Part shown: one piece after another, positions 10,471 through 19,140 of the stretch | Layout: each line of letters begins with the position of its first letter | How positions within the stretch are numbered: the first letter of the stretch is position 1 | DNA from: Carpediemonas membranifera BICM | Taxonomy: Eukaryota; Protista; Fornicata | Assembly: GCA_019828565.1 (NCBI GenBank) | Contig: JAHDYR010000022.1 | Location: 62,001 to 126,000 of the forward strand | Direction of reading: 5' to 3' | Length of the DNA: 64,000 nucleotides | Notes under the pieces: model-generated | The model's database searches: none | Told to the model about the DNA's origin: nothing | The model's input: the letters and a program-made list of their open reading frames with translations, nothing else | Made by a program: the position numbers and the translations under genes

Positions 10471-11793
10471 ATGCTCAGCAACATCAGACGCACCATAGAT
10501 CAGACTTTAGATAGCGCTGATAAGAAATTTGAGGCTGCATTCAACCCTGCGGCGAGCACTGCCGACCCTGAGGCCAAGGCGACGAGTGAGAGCGCTGGAT
10601 ACGTGATGAGTCTTGAAAACATGCGAGATGTGCTTCAATCCGAGCTCCGTGTGGCCGAAAAGAAGATTGCCACGCTCTCCCAACTTCTCGATGCCAGTTC
10701 CAAGTCGAAAAAGTCCATTCAAGAGCGCCTAGCAGGCAAAGAAACAGAGCTGCAGGCCATACATAGCAAGCTGGACTCATACCAGTCCCAGCTGGACACG
10801 ATGACCCGCCGTCTGGAGGAGACGATGGCTCTGGTGGCCGAGGCCCAGGAAGCCCGGGATGCCGCGCAGTCAGAGCTCGCGGAGGTCCGCACTACAGAGC
10901 TGGGGGAGCTGAAGGAGCGGCACAGTGCGGAGGTGGCCGAGCTGAGCACCGCCCTCGACCGGCTCAGGGAAGAGCACGCGGCGACTGTCGCACAGCAGGA
11001 CAGGGCTGCGCAGAGCGGTACCGAGGAGCTCAGAGACACCAGAGAGCGACTGGAGGTGGCGGAGGCCCGGGTGGCAGAGGTCGAAGCCTTGCTAGAGGAC
11101 CACCGTCAGGCCGCGGCCGAGCTTCTCGCCGAGGCCCCCGAGAGGGCAACGGCGACGGAGGCTCCAGACCAGACTGAGCTCATTGACACGCTGAGGGACG
11201 AGGTTGCTGAACTTACAGGCCGGCTGCAGACGCTGAGCAGCGTGGCCCAGGCGGCGAGGGCGGACGCTGACAGGTACAAGCAGAAGTTCGCCGGAAGTCG
11301 GGGCGAGGTGTTTTCGACTCAGCAGGAGCTCACGACGCTCAGGGGCGACAAGCTTGAGCTACAGGGGCAGCTGGCGACATTGGAGACGGACAACGCCCAG
11401 CTCCAGACGGCCTTGGACGCCAAGGTTGCCGAGCTCGAGGCGACCAGGTATCACCCAGCCGACCCTACGCCGGACCAGGCAAGACTCGAGCAGCTGCAGG
11501 CCCGGCTCCGCGAGAAGCAGGAGGCCGTCGAGAAGCTCAGGGCGAGGGTGTTCGAGCTCGAGGCCGAGGCCCGGTCATCTGACCCCTACACCATAGCTCC
11601 CCAGCTGGCCAGGGGTAAGAAGGTGACCCACCCTCCTGCCCTGGCTGCCCTTGACGAGCTGTTTGCAGCGACTATCGAGGCGCTTAGCCTGCACCCGTTG
11701 ATCCGCGTGGGTGTCAGCTTCTACGTCATTACACTCCACGTGGTGCTCGTCATCGCCATGCTCTTCTCACTGCGGGGCCGGGGCGAGTCATAG
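10471..11793 (+). CDS. Golgin-84/CASP-like tail-anchored coiled-coil protein
   Basis: Long coiled coil followed by a C-terminal TM segment LSLHPLIRVGVSFYVITLHVVLVIAML, matching the golgin-84 P..R....Y...LH motif. Confidence 0.7.
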   Translation: MLSNIRRTIDQTLDSADKKFEAAFNPAASTADPEAKATSESAGYVMSLENMRDVLQSELRVAEKKIATLSQLLDASSKSKKSIQERLAGKETELQAIHSKLDSYQSQLDTMTRRLEETMALVAEAQEARDAAQSELAEVRTTELGELKERHSAEVAELSTALDRLREEHAATVAQQDRAAQSGTEELRDTRERLEVAEARVAEVEALLEDHRQAAAELLAEAPERATATEAPDQTELIDTLRDEVAELTGRLQTLSSVAQAARADADRYKQKFAGSRGEVFSTQQELTTLRGDKLELQGQLATLETDNAQLQTALDAKVAELEATRYHPADPTPDQARLEQLQARLREKQEAVEKLRARVFELEAEARSSDPYTIAPQLARGKKVTHPPALAALDELFAATIEALSLHPLIRVGVSFYVITLHVVLVIAMLFSLRGRGES

Positions 11794-11842
11794 CCCAGAT
11801 CTCCACCACTCATAAATACCGCGGCAGTAATACGTCCTTTTA

Positions 11843-13492
11843 CTAGTCAGTCTTTCTTGTGCCCGAGGTCCTGAATGCCGAGAATGCGGTCATCCTCCAA
11901 TTTCTATCCCATCGGTCGGACCGGTCCTTGTTATGCTGGTCCCCGAACCGCTTCACGATGCTCTGCCGCATCGTATAGAGACGAGACCCGGTCCCACGTC
12001 CCTCTTTGAGTAATTCAAACATGGTAGAGCAGACCTCGTCGGCAATGGGGCCCTTCCCCATGACTATACCGTACTCTGGCTTGAGGACCTCGTGGATGGT
12101 GGGGTAGTCCACCGAGATGACGGGAAGACCACTACCAAACATGTCCTGGACGGTGATAGGCAGGTCGACCCCGCTCGAGGAGGTGTGCAAGTTGATGGAA
12201 ACGTCGGACACGCCGGCCAGCAGGGCGTAGTCCTCGTTGGTAAGCCATGCCGTGTGTATGCGGACGTGCTTCAGCCTGTGCTCCTTGATGCGGGCGACTC
12301 CCTCGTGCAGCATCGGACCGTTTCCCGTGATGACGCAGACAAGCTTCAGTCCAGGCTTAGTGCCGGCCTCGATGAGCTTCTTGTCGAGTTTGGCCAGACC
12401 ATCGATGAGTGCGATGTTGTCTTCATCAGCTGTCCAGGTCGTGCTGGACATGAGCAGCATCGGGCCGACCCGCGTGTTGGACGCGTCTGCCAGCGTGAAC
12501 AGCGAGGGCCTGGAGATGTCCTTATCGGTGGGCGAGCGGTAGATGAGGCGGGTGTGGTTCTCCTCAACGAGCAGGCCGAGACGGTGGAAGAGAGAGTGGG
12601 CCAGTGCGTTGTCACGGCGGTAGAAGACAGAGCCGGGCTTGTCATACACGACGATGGAGTCGGACACACCGAACTTGGCCCTGATGCGCTCAGCCATATG
12701 GCGTGAGACGGCGAAGCAGGCGTCGGCCTTGCGACCAAAGTACTTCTCGATAACGGCGTACACCAGGACCAGGGGGTGAGACATGCCGAAACGCAGGCCT
12801 AACATGGTGTACCCGAAGTTGTGCCAGTCAATGACAAGTCTTGACCTGTGACGGCGGGCAGCGAGCCATGCGATGGGGAGGGCGGGGACGGCGGGGGGCG
12901 TCTGGACCAGGATGTGGGTCGGGCGGCCGGCGATGAGGAATAGAGTGAGGATGAGGAAGAGGGCTTGGAAGAAAAGCTTGAAGGGTATGGTCAGGAAGTA
13001 CCATGTCTTCCCGACCTGCTTGGTGAACGGAATCGAGTAACGAAGGACCTTCACCATCTCGTTGTGGATGAAGGGCTGGAGCTCCTTGATCAGGGGAGTG
13101 CCTGCGAGACCCACGAGGCTGACCTTGAACTTCTGCTCGGCGAGGGAGAGGGCGTGGTACTGCATGCGGATAGCACGGCCAGCATCACCGACGATGAGAA
13201 CAATCACATGCCCCTTGTTAACACGACGAGGACTGTCAATGGAATACGTACGAGGCCTCGTGAGGGCGTCAGGATCGAGGTAGTTGGGCTGGATCCTTCT
13301 TCTCATCGCTTCAACATCCACAGACTGCGCCCGAACACGAGGAATCGCTATAGAATCCATCATTAGAGGTTTGATCGGAATTTCAATGACGTCGGTCATT
13401 TCTGAAAGACCAATTGGTCGCAAATCGGTGGAGAACTTCTGAGGTGGTCGTGATGATTGTCGGAAGGATACCTCAAAAGAAGACCCCTCCAC
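11843..13492 (-). CDS. ALG1: Chitobiosyldiphosphodolichol beta-1,4-mannosyltransferase (ALG1); start codon uncertain
   Basis: Motifs GD.GR..RMQYHALSLA, QTPPAVP, VIDWHNFGY, SSTTWTADED and HTSSSGVDLP...DMFG. The listed start is GTG; the first in-frame ATG is near 13399. Confidence 0.88.
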   Translation of the reverse strand: MEGSSFEVSFRQSSRPPQKFSTDLRPIGLSEMTDVIEIPIKPLMMDSIAIPRVRAQSVDVEAMRRRIQPNYLDPDALTRPRTYSIDSPRRVNKGHVIVLIVGDAGRAIRMQYHALSLAEQKFKVSLVGLAGTPLIKELQPFIHNEMVKVLRYSIPFTKQVGKTWYFLTIPFKLFFQALFLILTLFLIAGRPTHILVQTPPAVPALPIAWLAARRHRSRLVIDWHNFGYTMLGLRFGMSHPLVLVYAVIEKYFGRKADACFAVSRHMAERIRAKFGVSDSIVVYDKPGSVFYRRDNALAHSLFHRLGLLVEENHTRLIYRSPTDKDISRPSLFTLADASNTRVGPMLLMSSTTWTADEDNIALIDGLAKLDKKLIEAGTKPGLKLVCVITGNGPMLHEGVARIKEHRLKHVRIHTAWLTNEDYALLAGVSDVSINLHTSSSGVDLPITVQDMFGSGLPVISVDYPTIHEVLKPEYGIVMGKGPIADEVCSTMFELLKEGRGTGSRLYTMRQSIVKRFGDQHNKDRSDRWDRNWRMTAFSAFRTSGTRKTD

Positions 13493-13717
13493 TGGTCCTA
13501 CTCGTTGTATACACTCATCTGGATGCCCTTCTTGAGGGCTGACCCGTGTTCTTGAACAAGGGTTGCTCCGTGAAGATCTCAGCTTTAAACCACTAAGAGG
13601 AGTTACTAGGCCGAATGGAGGAGTTTGGATAAGATTATGACCGGAGTCGCGCCCTCACTCAATGGTACTGCGCCAGAATAATATTGTCCTTAAAGTGCAC
13701 GGCAGAGCGCGAAAGGC

Positions 13718-16315
13718 ATGGACAGTCCGAGGTCTTCGAGGCTTAGTCGGCTAGTTAACCGGCTAAGATCGACGACACCTAGTCATTCCCCTGCATTATC
13801 AGATAGTAGAAGGGCATCCATTCGGAAACGTCGCAGAGCCAATTCTCATCGTCAATATCCCGGAAGCCCCGATTTATCCACGGCATATCCCGTGAATTTC
13901 CACCCAGAGCATTCATATTCGACCCGTCTTCGTACTGGGGACATCACAGGCTACATGACGGAGCGCCGTCGGAGCTCCATAGGTTCCGAGAGCACGCCAG
14001 CCCCCCGCAACCGGACTCCGATGACACTCCTCTCCCCAAACCGCACAGTGCCGATGCCAGTGGCGTATACCCCCAAGACTACGCCGATTGTCCGCGGCCG
14101 GTTCATTGAGCGAGGCGACGAGCCTCTCACACCCCTAGATGAACGCGGCGACGACGAGGAGGAGGAGGATGTGCCCTACGAAGAGGCCGACGAGGACAGC
14201 AGCAGCGATAGTGGCCTTGAGAGTAGTGGCGGCGACGCAATCGAGGAAGGCTCCGAGTCTTCTGACGAAGAAGACGAAGGTGAGCGGGAAGAAAGCCCCG
14301 AGTCCGACGACGAGGAGGTCCATGCACCCTCCCTGCATGACTCCGACTTCGAGGACGCAGACCTGAACCTTGCGCTGGACGCGGGTGACGGAGACTTCGG
14401 CCGCTACTCTCCCGGCGCCCTCGCCGACCAGCCTGACTTCGACGACTTCCCCACCAGGGCGGGCGCCATGACCACCCTGCCTGCCGAGATGCCACCCACC
14501 CCCAGCCCCGAGGAGGCTCCGACCAGGGTGCATGTGTCGCAGCCAGATGCCCCAGATGCCGAGGACGAGGCGGTGCTTCAGACGGCCATCGAGAGAGTCC
14601 TCAGCGTGTCGTTCGGCCACCCCGTTGTTGTCGCCATCGCCGTGCGTGTGGCCAAGCTCTTCCTGGCCGTCTGTGACACACTCTTCAACATCCCCCTGCC
14701 CCATATGCCCCGCGTTGCTGTCGCCGGCAAGACCAGACCTGCGTTCATCGCCATGGCTGTCATTGTCGTGACTGCTTTCCTCGACATGGCCGACGTGGCG
14801 AGGGCCGCCATCATCGCAGTCTGTGTCAACGCCGTCGTCGGCCTGCTCGCTGTGAGAGACCGTATAGTCCGCCTCAAGGCCGGCCGCACAGCCCTTGTTG
14901 TCCTCATGACTGTTGGCGTCGGCCTGATTGCCATCCTACTCACGCGGGCAGCCGTCAATGTCGACTTTGGCGCACTCATCCACCATGACGGGGCCAAGGA
15001 CATCCCCCTCAACCCAGACCACTCGGCTGACCCAGCCCTCGTTGAGACCATCAGGACCGAGCTTGAGGGCAACAGGAGGCGTGTGACTGACTTTATCACC
15101 AGCACCGAGGCCGGCATGGTTGACCTCGCGGGCCGTGTCGACGCCATGGCCGCAGCCGTGAGTGGGACTCTCGAAGAGGACAAGGTTACCGTGGCAAGCA
15201 TCAAGACCGAGGTCGCTGCCATTCAGAGCGAGGTCGCCGCAAACAGCAAGAAGACAGCCGCGCTCGTTTCCGACTTCGAGAAGCGTTTCGCTGAGGCCAA
15301 CTCCGAAAACCACAAGCTTATGAAGGACGCCGCCGAGCGCATTTCGAAGCTCGAGACCGCGAAGCCCAAGCCGACCGAGAAGCACGACAAAAAGTCAGCG
15401 GAGCAGCTCGAAGCCGTCAAGACCGAGGTCGCTGCCATTCAGAGCGAGGTCGCCGCAAACAGCAAGAAGACAGCCGCGCTCGTTTCCGACTTCGAGAAGC
15501 GTTTCGCTGAGGCCAACTCCGAAAACCACAAGCTTATGAAGGACGCCGCCGAGCGCATTTCGAAGCTCGAGACCGCGAAGCCCAAGCCGACCGAGAAGCA
15601 CGACAAAAAGTCAGCGGAGCAGCTCGAAGCCGTCAAGACCGAGGTCGCTGCCATTCAGACCGAGGTCGCCGCAAACAGCAAGAAGACAGCCGAGCTTGTT
15701 TCCGAGCTTGAGAAGCTCTTTGCCGAGCTCCCCGCCGAGCAGCCAGACACCCCAACCCCCGAACAGCTGGCCGCCCTCAAGGCCGAGCTGCTGGCCATGA
15801 TAGCCCAGCAGACCCTCGTTGAGAGGCCCGCTCGCCGCACCAACGTAGCCAGCCGCAGCCTGGGAGCGAAGGCCTCCTCGAGCCCAGTGTACGGAGACCG
15901 CGGCCTGCTGCTGAACATCCTGACCTCGCAGGGCAAGCCGCTGACGGCCGACCGCATCCTCCATGACTACCGTTCAAACGAACTCGGGTCCTGCCTCCCT
16001 CTGGCCGTGGCCGAGGGCGACTACCACGGTGTCCACGGCCAGGGGGCAGTCCGCATCGCTCTGCCCCAAACCAGACCTGTCTCCGCCGTCAGCATGGTGT
16101 TCCCGGCCGGCACGGAGACCTACCCCACCCGAGTTCGCGTGGTTACTGAGTCTGACGGCCAGTTAACTGACCGTGGGACATTCACGGTCGACCCCACTGC
16201 TGACGTCGCCTTCGCCATTGGCGCGGTGCCTGTTGAAGCTGTGGCGCTTGTTATCGAGGAGGCGGCGGGGGACAAGCCGTGGTGCTGCGTCTATCAGATC
16301 CAGCTTTGTGAATAA
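13718..16315 (+). CDS. SUN-domain (Sad1/UNC-84) inner nuclear membrane protein, divergent
   Basis: S/R-rich then acidic N-terminus, several TM helices, a luminal coiled coil, and a C-terminal beta-rich domain (NVASRSLGA...GSCLPL...VRIAL...VSAVSM...CCVYQIQL) with SUN-like spacing. Confidence 0.65.
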   Translation: MDSPRSSRLSRLVNRLRSTTPSHSPALSDSRRASIRKRRRANSHRQYPGSPDLSTAYPVNFHPEHSYSTRLRTGDITGYMTERRRSSIGSESTPAPRNRTPMTLLSPNRTVPMPVAYTPKTTPIVRGRFIERGDEPLTPLDERGDDEEEEDVPYEEADEDSSSDSGLESSGGDAIEEGSESSDEEDEGEREESPESDDEEVHAPSLHDSDFEDADLNLALDAGDGDFGRYSPGALADQPDFDDFPTRAGAMTTLPAEMPPTPSPEEAPTRVHVSQPDAPDAEDEAVLQTAIERVLSVSFGHPVVVAIAVRVAKLFLAVCDTLFNIPLPHMPRVAVAGKTRPAFIAMAVIVVTAFLDMADVARAAIIAVCVNAVVGLLAVRDRIVRLKAGRTALVVLMTVGVGLIAILLTRAAVNVDFGALIHHDGAKDIPLNPDHSADPALVETIRTELEGNRRRVTDFITSTEAGMVDLAGRVDAMAAAVSGTLEEDKVTVASIKTEVAAIQSEVAANSKKTAALVSDFEKRFAEANSENHKLMKDAAERISKLETAKPKPTEKHDKKSAEQLEAVKTEVAAIQSEVAANSKKTAALVSDFEKRFAEANSENHKLMKDAAERISKLETAKPKPTEKHDKKSAEQLEAVKTEVAAIQTEVAANSKKTAELVSELEKLFAELPAEQPDTPTPEQLAALKAELLAMIAQQTLVERPARRTNVASRSLGAKASSSPVYGDRGLLLNILTSQGKPLTADRILHDYRSNELGSCLPLAVAEGDYHGVHGQGAVRIALPQTRPVSAVSMVFPAGTETYPTRVRVVTESDGQLTDRGTFTVDPTADVAFAIGAVPVEAVALVIEEAAGDKPWCCVYQIQLCE
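15201..15691. repeat. 216-bp in-frame tandem duplication (about 2.3 copies) in the SUN-like coiled coil
   Basis: tcaagaccgaggtcgctgccattcag recurs at 15201, 15417 and 15633. Confidence 0.95.
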
Positions 16316-16361
16316 AAAGATATGAGTCGATGAGCACTTCAAATAAAGTGACCTACGTACT

Positions 16362-17609
16362 TTACACGGCATTGCTGGAGACCCTGGGCCCGAAGAACTG
16401 CCTGTCCTTGAAAATCACTGGGGCGGCAAGACCCCAGAGGTAGAGGGCCACGCCGATGATGACCGACACAATGATAGTCACCGGCAGATACCACGAGATG
16501 AAACCGCTACTGAGAGAGCCGAACGCCACAGGGATGGCGGCCGATGCGAGCGTCATGAGGGCATGGAACTGCCAGTAGTGGTACGTGATGCCGGCACCGC
16601 TCTCCTTGTCATCGTCGTTGCCGCTGTCGTAGCCAGACTCGGGAGCGAACTCACCTTGTGCGAATAGAGGGGCGAATCCAAACTTGGAGATGCAGGCCGT
16701 GACGACGGCGATGACCAGGAAGACACCGCCCCAAATGGAGTGAACGAACTTGAACACGATGCTGATGACGGAGCCGAAGAAGAACTTAAACCAGTAGCCG
16801 CCGTATTCCCCGAAGTCTAGAGGACAGTACGAGACGTTGGGGAGGATGAAATCGAAGAAATGGAAGAAGGAGTTGATCCAGTGGGCCCAGAACTCGCTGT
16901 TGGACTCGATGGCGAGTACAACCATGAATGTGAAGAACAACGAGAGCACGGCGGCGACAAAGAGGGAGCCCCGCTCAATAGCGATGGAGAAGATGACAAC
17001 AATGGCCACGAGAATGAAGCCGAGCATGTACAAGGGCCACACGGGGAAACAGAAGAAGTACAGCGTGCCTGTGACGAGGTACTGCAACGCGGCGACGATG
17101 AGGAGGGTCACGGAGAGGGCGATGAGGAGGATCTTGGAGCCCTCGGGGATGCGGGTGATGATTGCGTTGTTAGTACGAACAGCAAACTCTGTGAGCAGCA
17201 TGACCTGGCAAACGACGAAGATGACCGACAATATGAGGGCGGCGACCATGTAGAGGAGGTATACAGGGTTGGGGATGACGAGGGTGCAGACGTAGAATGT
17301 GACGAGAAGTGGGACCTTGATCCACCACAGCCTGCGGTGGATGTTCTTGAAGATAGTGGTGCCCTTGACGAACGATGCTGGAATCGTTAGGAGGAGCAGG
17401 CAAAGGTGGAAACAGAAGAGTGAAAACGACACCTTCATCAGATGGTAGTAGCCAATGCTGTTTTCACTGCTATAGTAGCACCAGGGGAGGTAATGGAAGA
17501 TGCCGTAGCACAGGACTCCGTATGAACGATCGAGGAGCCAGTCCGAGATCACCACCCAGACAAGGGAGAGGATGAAGATTGCTGCATAGATGAAACGAGC
17601 GTATATCAT
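16362..17609 (-). CDS. SERINC / TMS-TDE family membrane protein
   Basis: About 10 TMs with motifs IHRRLWWIK, GSLFVAAVLS, YHYWQFHALMTLAS and LYLWGLAAPVIFKDRQF. Confidence 0.85.
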   Translation of the reverse strand: MIYARFIYAAIFILSLVWVVISDWLLDRSYGVLCYGIFHYLPWCYYSSENSIGYYHLMKVSFSLFCFHLCLLLLTIPASFVKGTTIFKNIHRRLWWIKVPLLVTFYVCTLVIPNPVYLLYMVAALILSVIFVVCQVMLLTEFAVRTNNAIITRIPEGSKILLIALSVTLLIVAALQYLVTGTLYFFCFPVWPLYMLGFILVAIVVIFSIAIERGSLFVAAVLSLFFTFMVVLAIESNSEFWAHWINSFFHFFDFILPNVSYCPLDFGEYGGYWFKFFFGSVISIVFKFVHSIWGGVFLVIAVVTACISKFGFAPLFAQGEFAPESGYDSGNDDDKESGAGITYHYWQFHALMTLASAAIPVAFGSLSSGFISWYLPVTIIVSVIIGVALYLWGLAAPVIFKDRQFFGPRVSSNAV

Positions 17610-17776
17610 TCAATGGCTCGCTTGCAAACGCTTGGCTTGCTTTTGTGCTCACTTCTGTTACATGAACATAACTGGAGTACATAAATCAATCAAATCGTCG
17701 TTCTGAGTGCATACTTGAGCCCACCACTGTAGCTAGCCACTATTTAAACCAATAATCTACGGATTCGCCGACAAGC

Positions 17777-19093
17777 TCATTCTCCCGCCAGCAACCGACC
17801 GGCAGCAATGCTCTCCGCGACCATGCTCGCCTCTGAACCCATCTCCTCGGCCTCAGCCAGCAGCCTGCTCACAGCCGCACTCTCGGCAACTCGGCCGGCT
17901 CTCAGCCCCTCCTCGCGGGCTGCCAGACACTGCGCCTCTAATCGACGAACGCGCCCGATAAGCTCCTGAACCTCCTCGCCGTGCCTCACCTCAGCCTCCT
18001 CGGCCTGAGCCTTAACCCGCGCCGTCTCCTGCCTGGCCTGTGCGAGCTTATCCACGGCAGATTCGATTCTCTCGTGCATCTCGCGAACCTCCGACTCGGC
18101 CTGCCCCACGGCCGCCATGGCCTCGGCCCGCAGCTTCTCGGCCTGATCTCTCTTGTGAACGAGGACATCCCGGTCCCTGCTAGCGTCCTCGACCTCCTTC
18201 ATGGCGTCCGTTGTCTCCCGTCGTGACTCGTCCAGCAGTCTCCGCAGTTTTGCGATGTCACCTTGGAGTCGATCCACAGTCGAATCTGACTGTGCCAGGA
18301 GCTCGTTCACTCTCAAGACCTCCTCCTCGGCTTGCTCCTTAGCTCTTGCAGTCTCCTCTGCATAAGATCGCCACTCCGCGCACGAGTCGCGCTGGGCTTG
18401 AAGCTGCTGCATCGCCCGATCGAGGTTGGCTGCTAACTGGCCGTTACTGGCGTCCCTGGCCTTGAGGTCCTCCGATACTATGGTCATCGCGTCCTCAATG
18501 GCGCCCTTGGTCAGCCTGGCGACCTTCTTCTCGAGCAGACTGACCTTCTTCCTGAGTGCAGCTCGGTCAGCGGCGAGGGTGTCGTTGCGGGCCTCCAGCT
18601 CCTGCATTCCCTCAAGCAGCCGCTCCACACCACCAGCCTCCTCGGCTTCTTGGACGGCTTTGCTGAGCTTTCTCTCCAGCTCGGCGATGGTCTTGTCTCG
18701 AGAGGCGATGACAGCATCCTTCTCGGTCAGCTCGGCCTCTGACGCCTTCACCGCTTCCTGTGATGCGATCACGGCGTCCATGGCCTCCTTGTACTGCGTC
18801 TCTGCGACTACCACCGCCTGCTGGAGGTCAGCGTTCCACGCCATCAGACCGTTCACGTCAGACTCCAGCGCACCGTTCGTCTCCTTCAGCATGTCGATTT
18901 CTCCCTTGATCCATTCAATATCCTCTCTTTCCTGCTCGCCATCGCTTGAGATGTCGTCCTGAAGCGCCATGATCGCCTTGCTGATGTGCTGGATGCGATT
19001 CTGGGCCTTAGCCCGATCAAACGGGGACATAACCGATAGTACCGAACGTGGCGTTCGTGGAGGCAGCGGGGTCCTCATGGGCGTTGCCAGCAT
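17777..19093 (-). CDS. Coiled-coil protein of unknown function
   Basis: Heptad-rich ORF. The ATG at 19093 (MLATPMRTP) avoids overlap with the upstream eIF4G gene. Confidence 0.75.
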   Translation of the reverse strand: MLATPMRTPLPPRTPRSVLSVMSPFDRAKAQNRIQHISKAIMALQDDISSDGEQEREDIEWIKGEIDMLKETNGALESDVNGLMAWNADLQQAVVVAETQYKEAMDAVIASQEAVKASEAELTEKDAVIASRDKTIAELERKLSKAVQEAEEAGGVERLLEGMQELEARNDTLAADRAALRKKVSLLEKKVARLTKGAIEDAMTIVSEDLKARDASNGQLAANLDRAMQQLQAQRDSCAEWRSYAEETARAKEQAEEEVLRVNELLAQSDSTVDRLQGDIAKLRRLLDESRRETTDAMKEVEDASRDRDVLVHKRDQAEKLRAEAMAAVGQAESEVREMHERIESAVDKLAQARQETARVKAQAEEAEVRHGEEVQELIGRVRRLEAQCLAAREEGLRAGRVAESAAVSRLLAEAEEMGSEASMVAESIAAGRLLAGE

Positions 19094-19140
19094 TTCACCA
19101 ATTTGGCAAAAAACTGCACCTCGTAAGCATATCCGATCGT

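Noticed and set aside
11832-11848. U5 loop-like CCTTTTACTA
   Set aside because: No closing stem; explained by the ALG1 stop plus TAAA signal on the minus strand.
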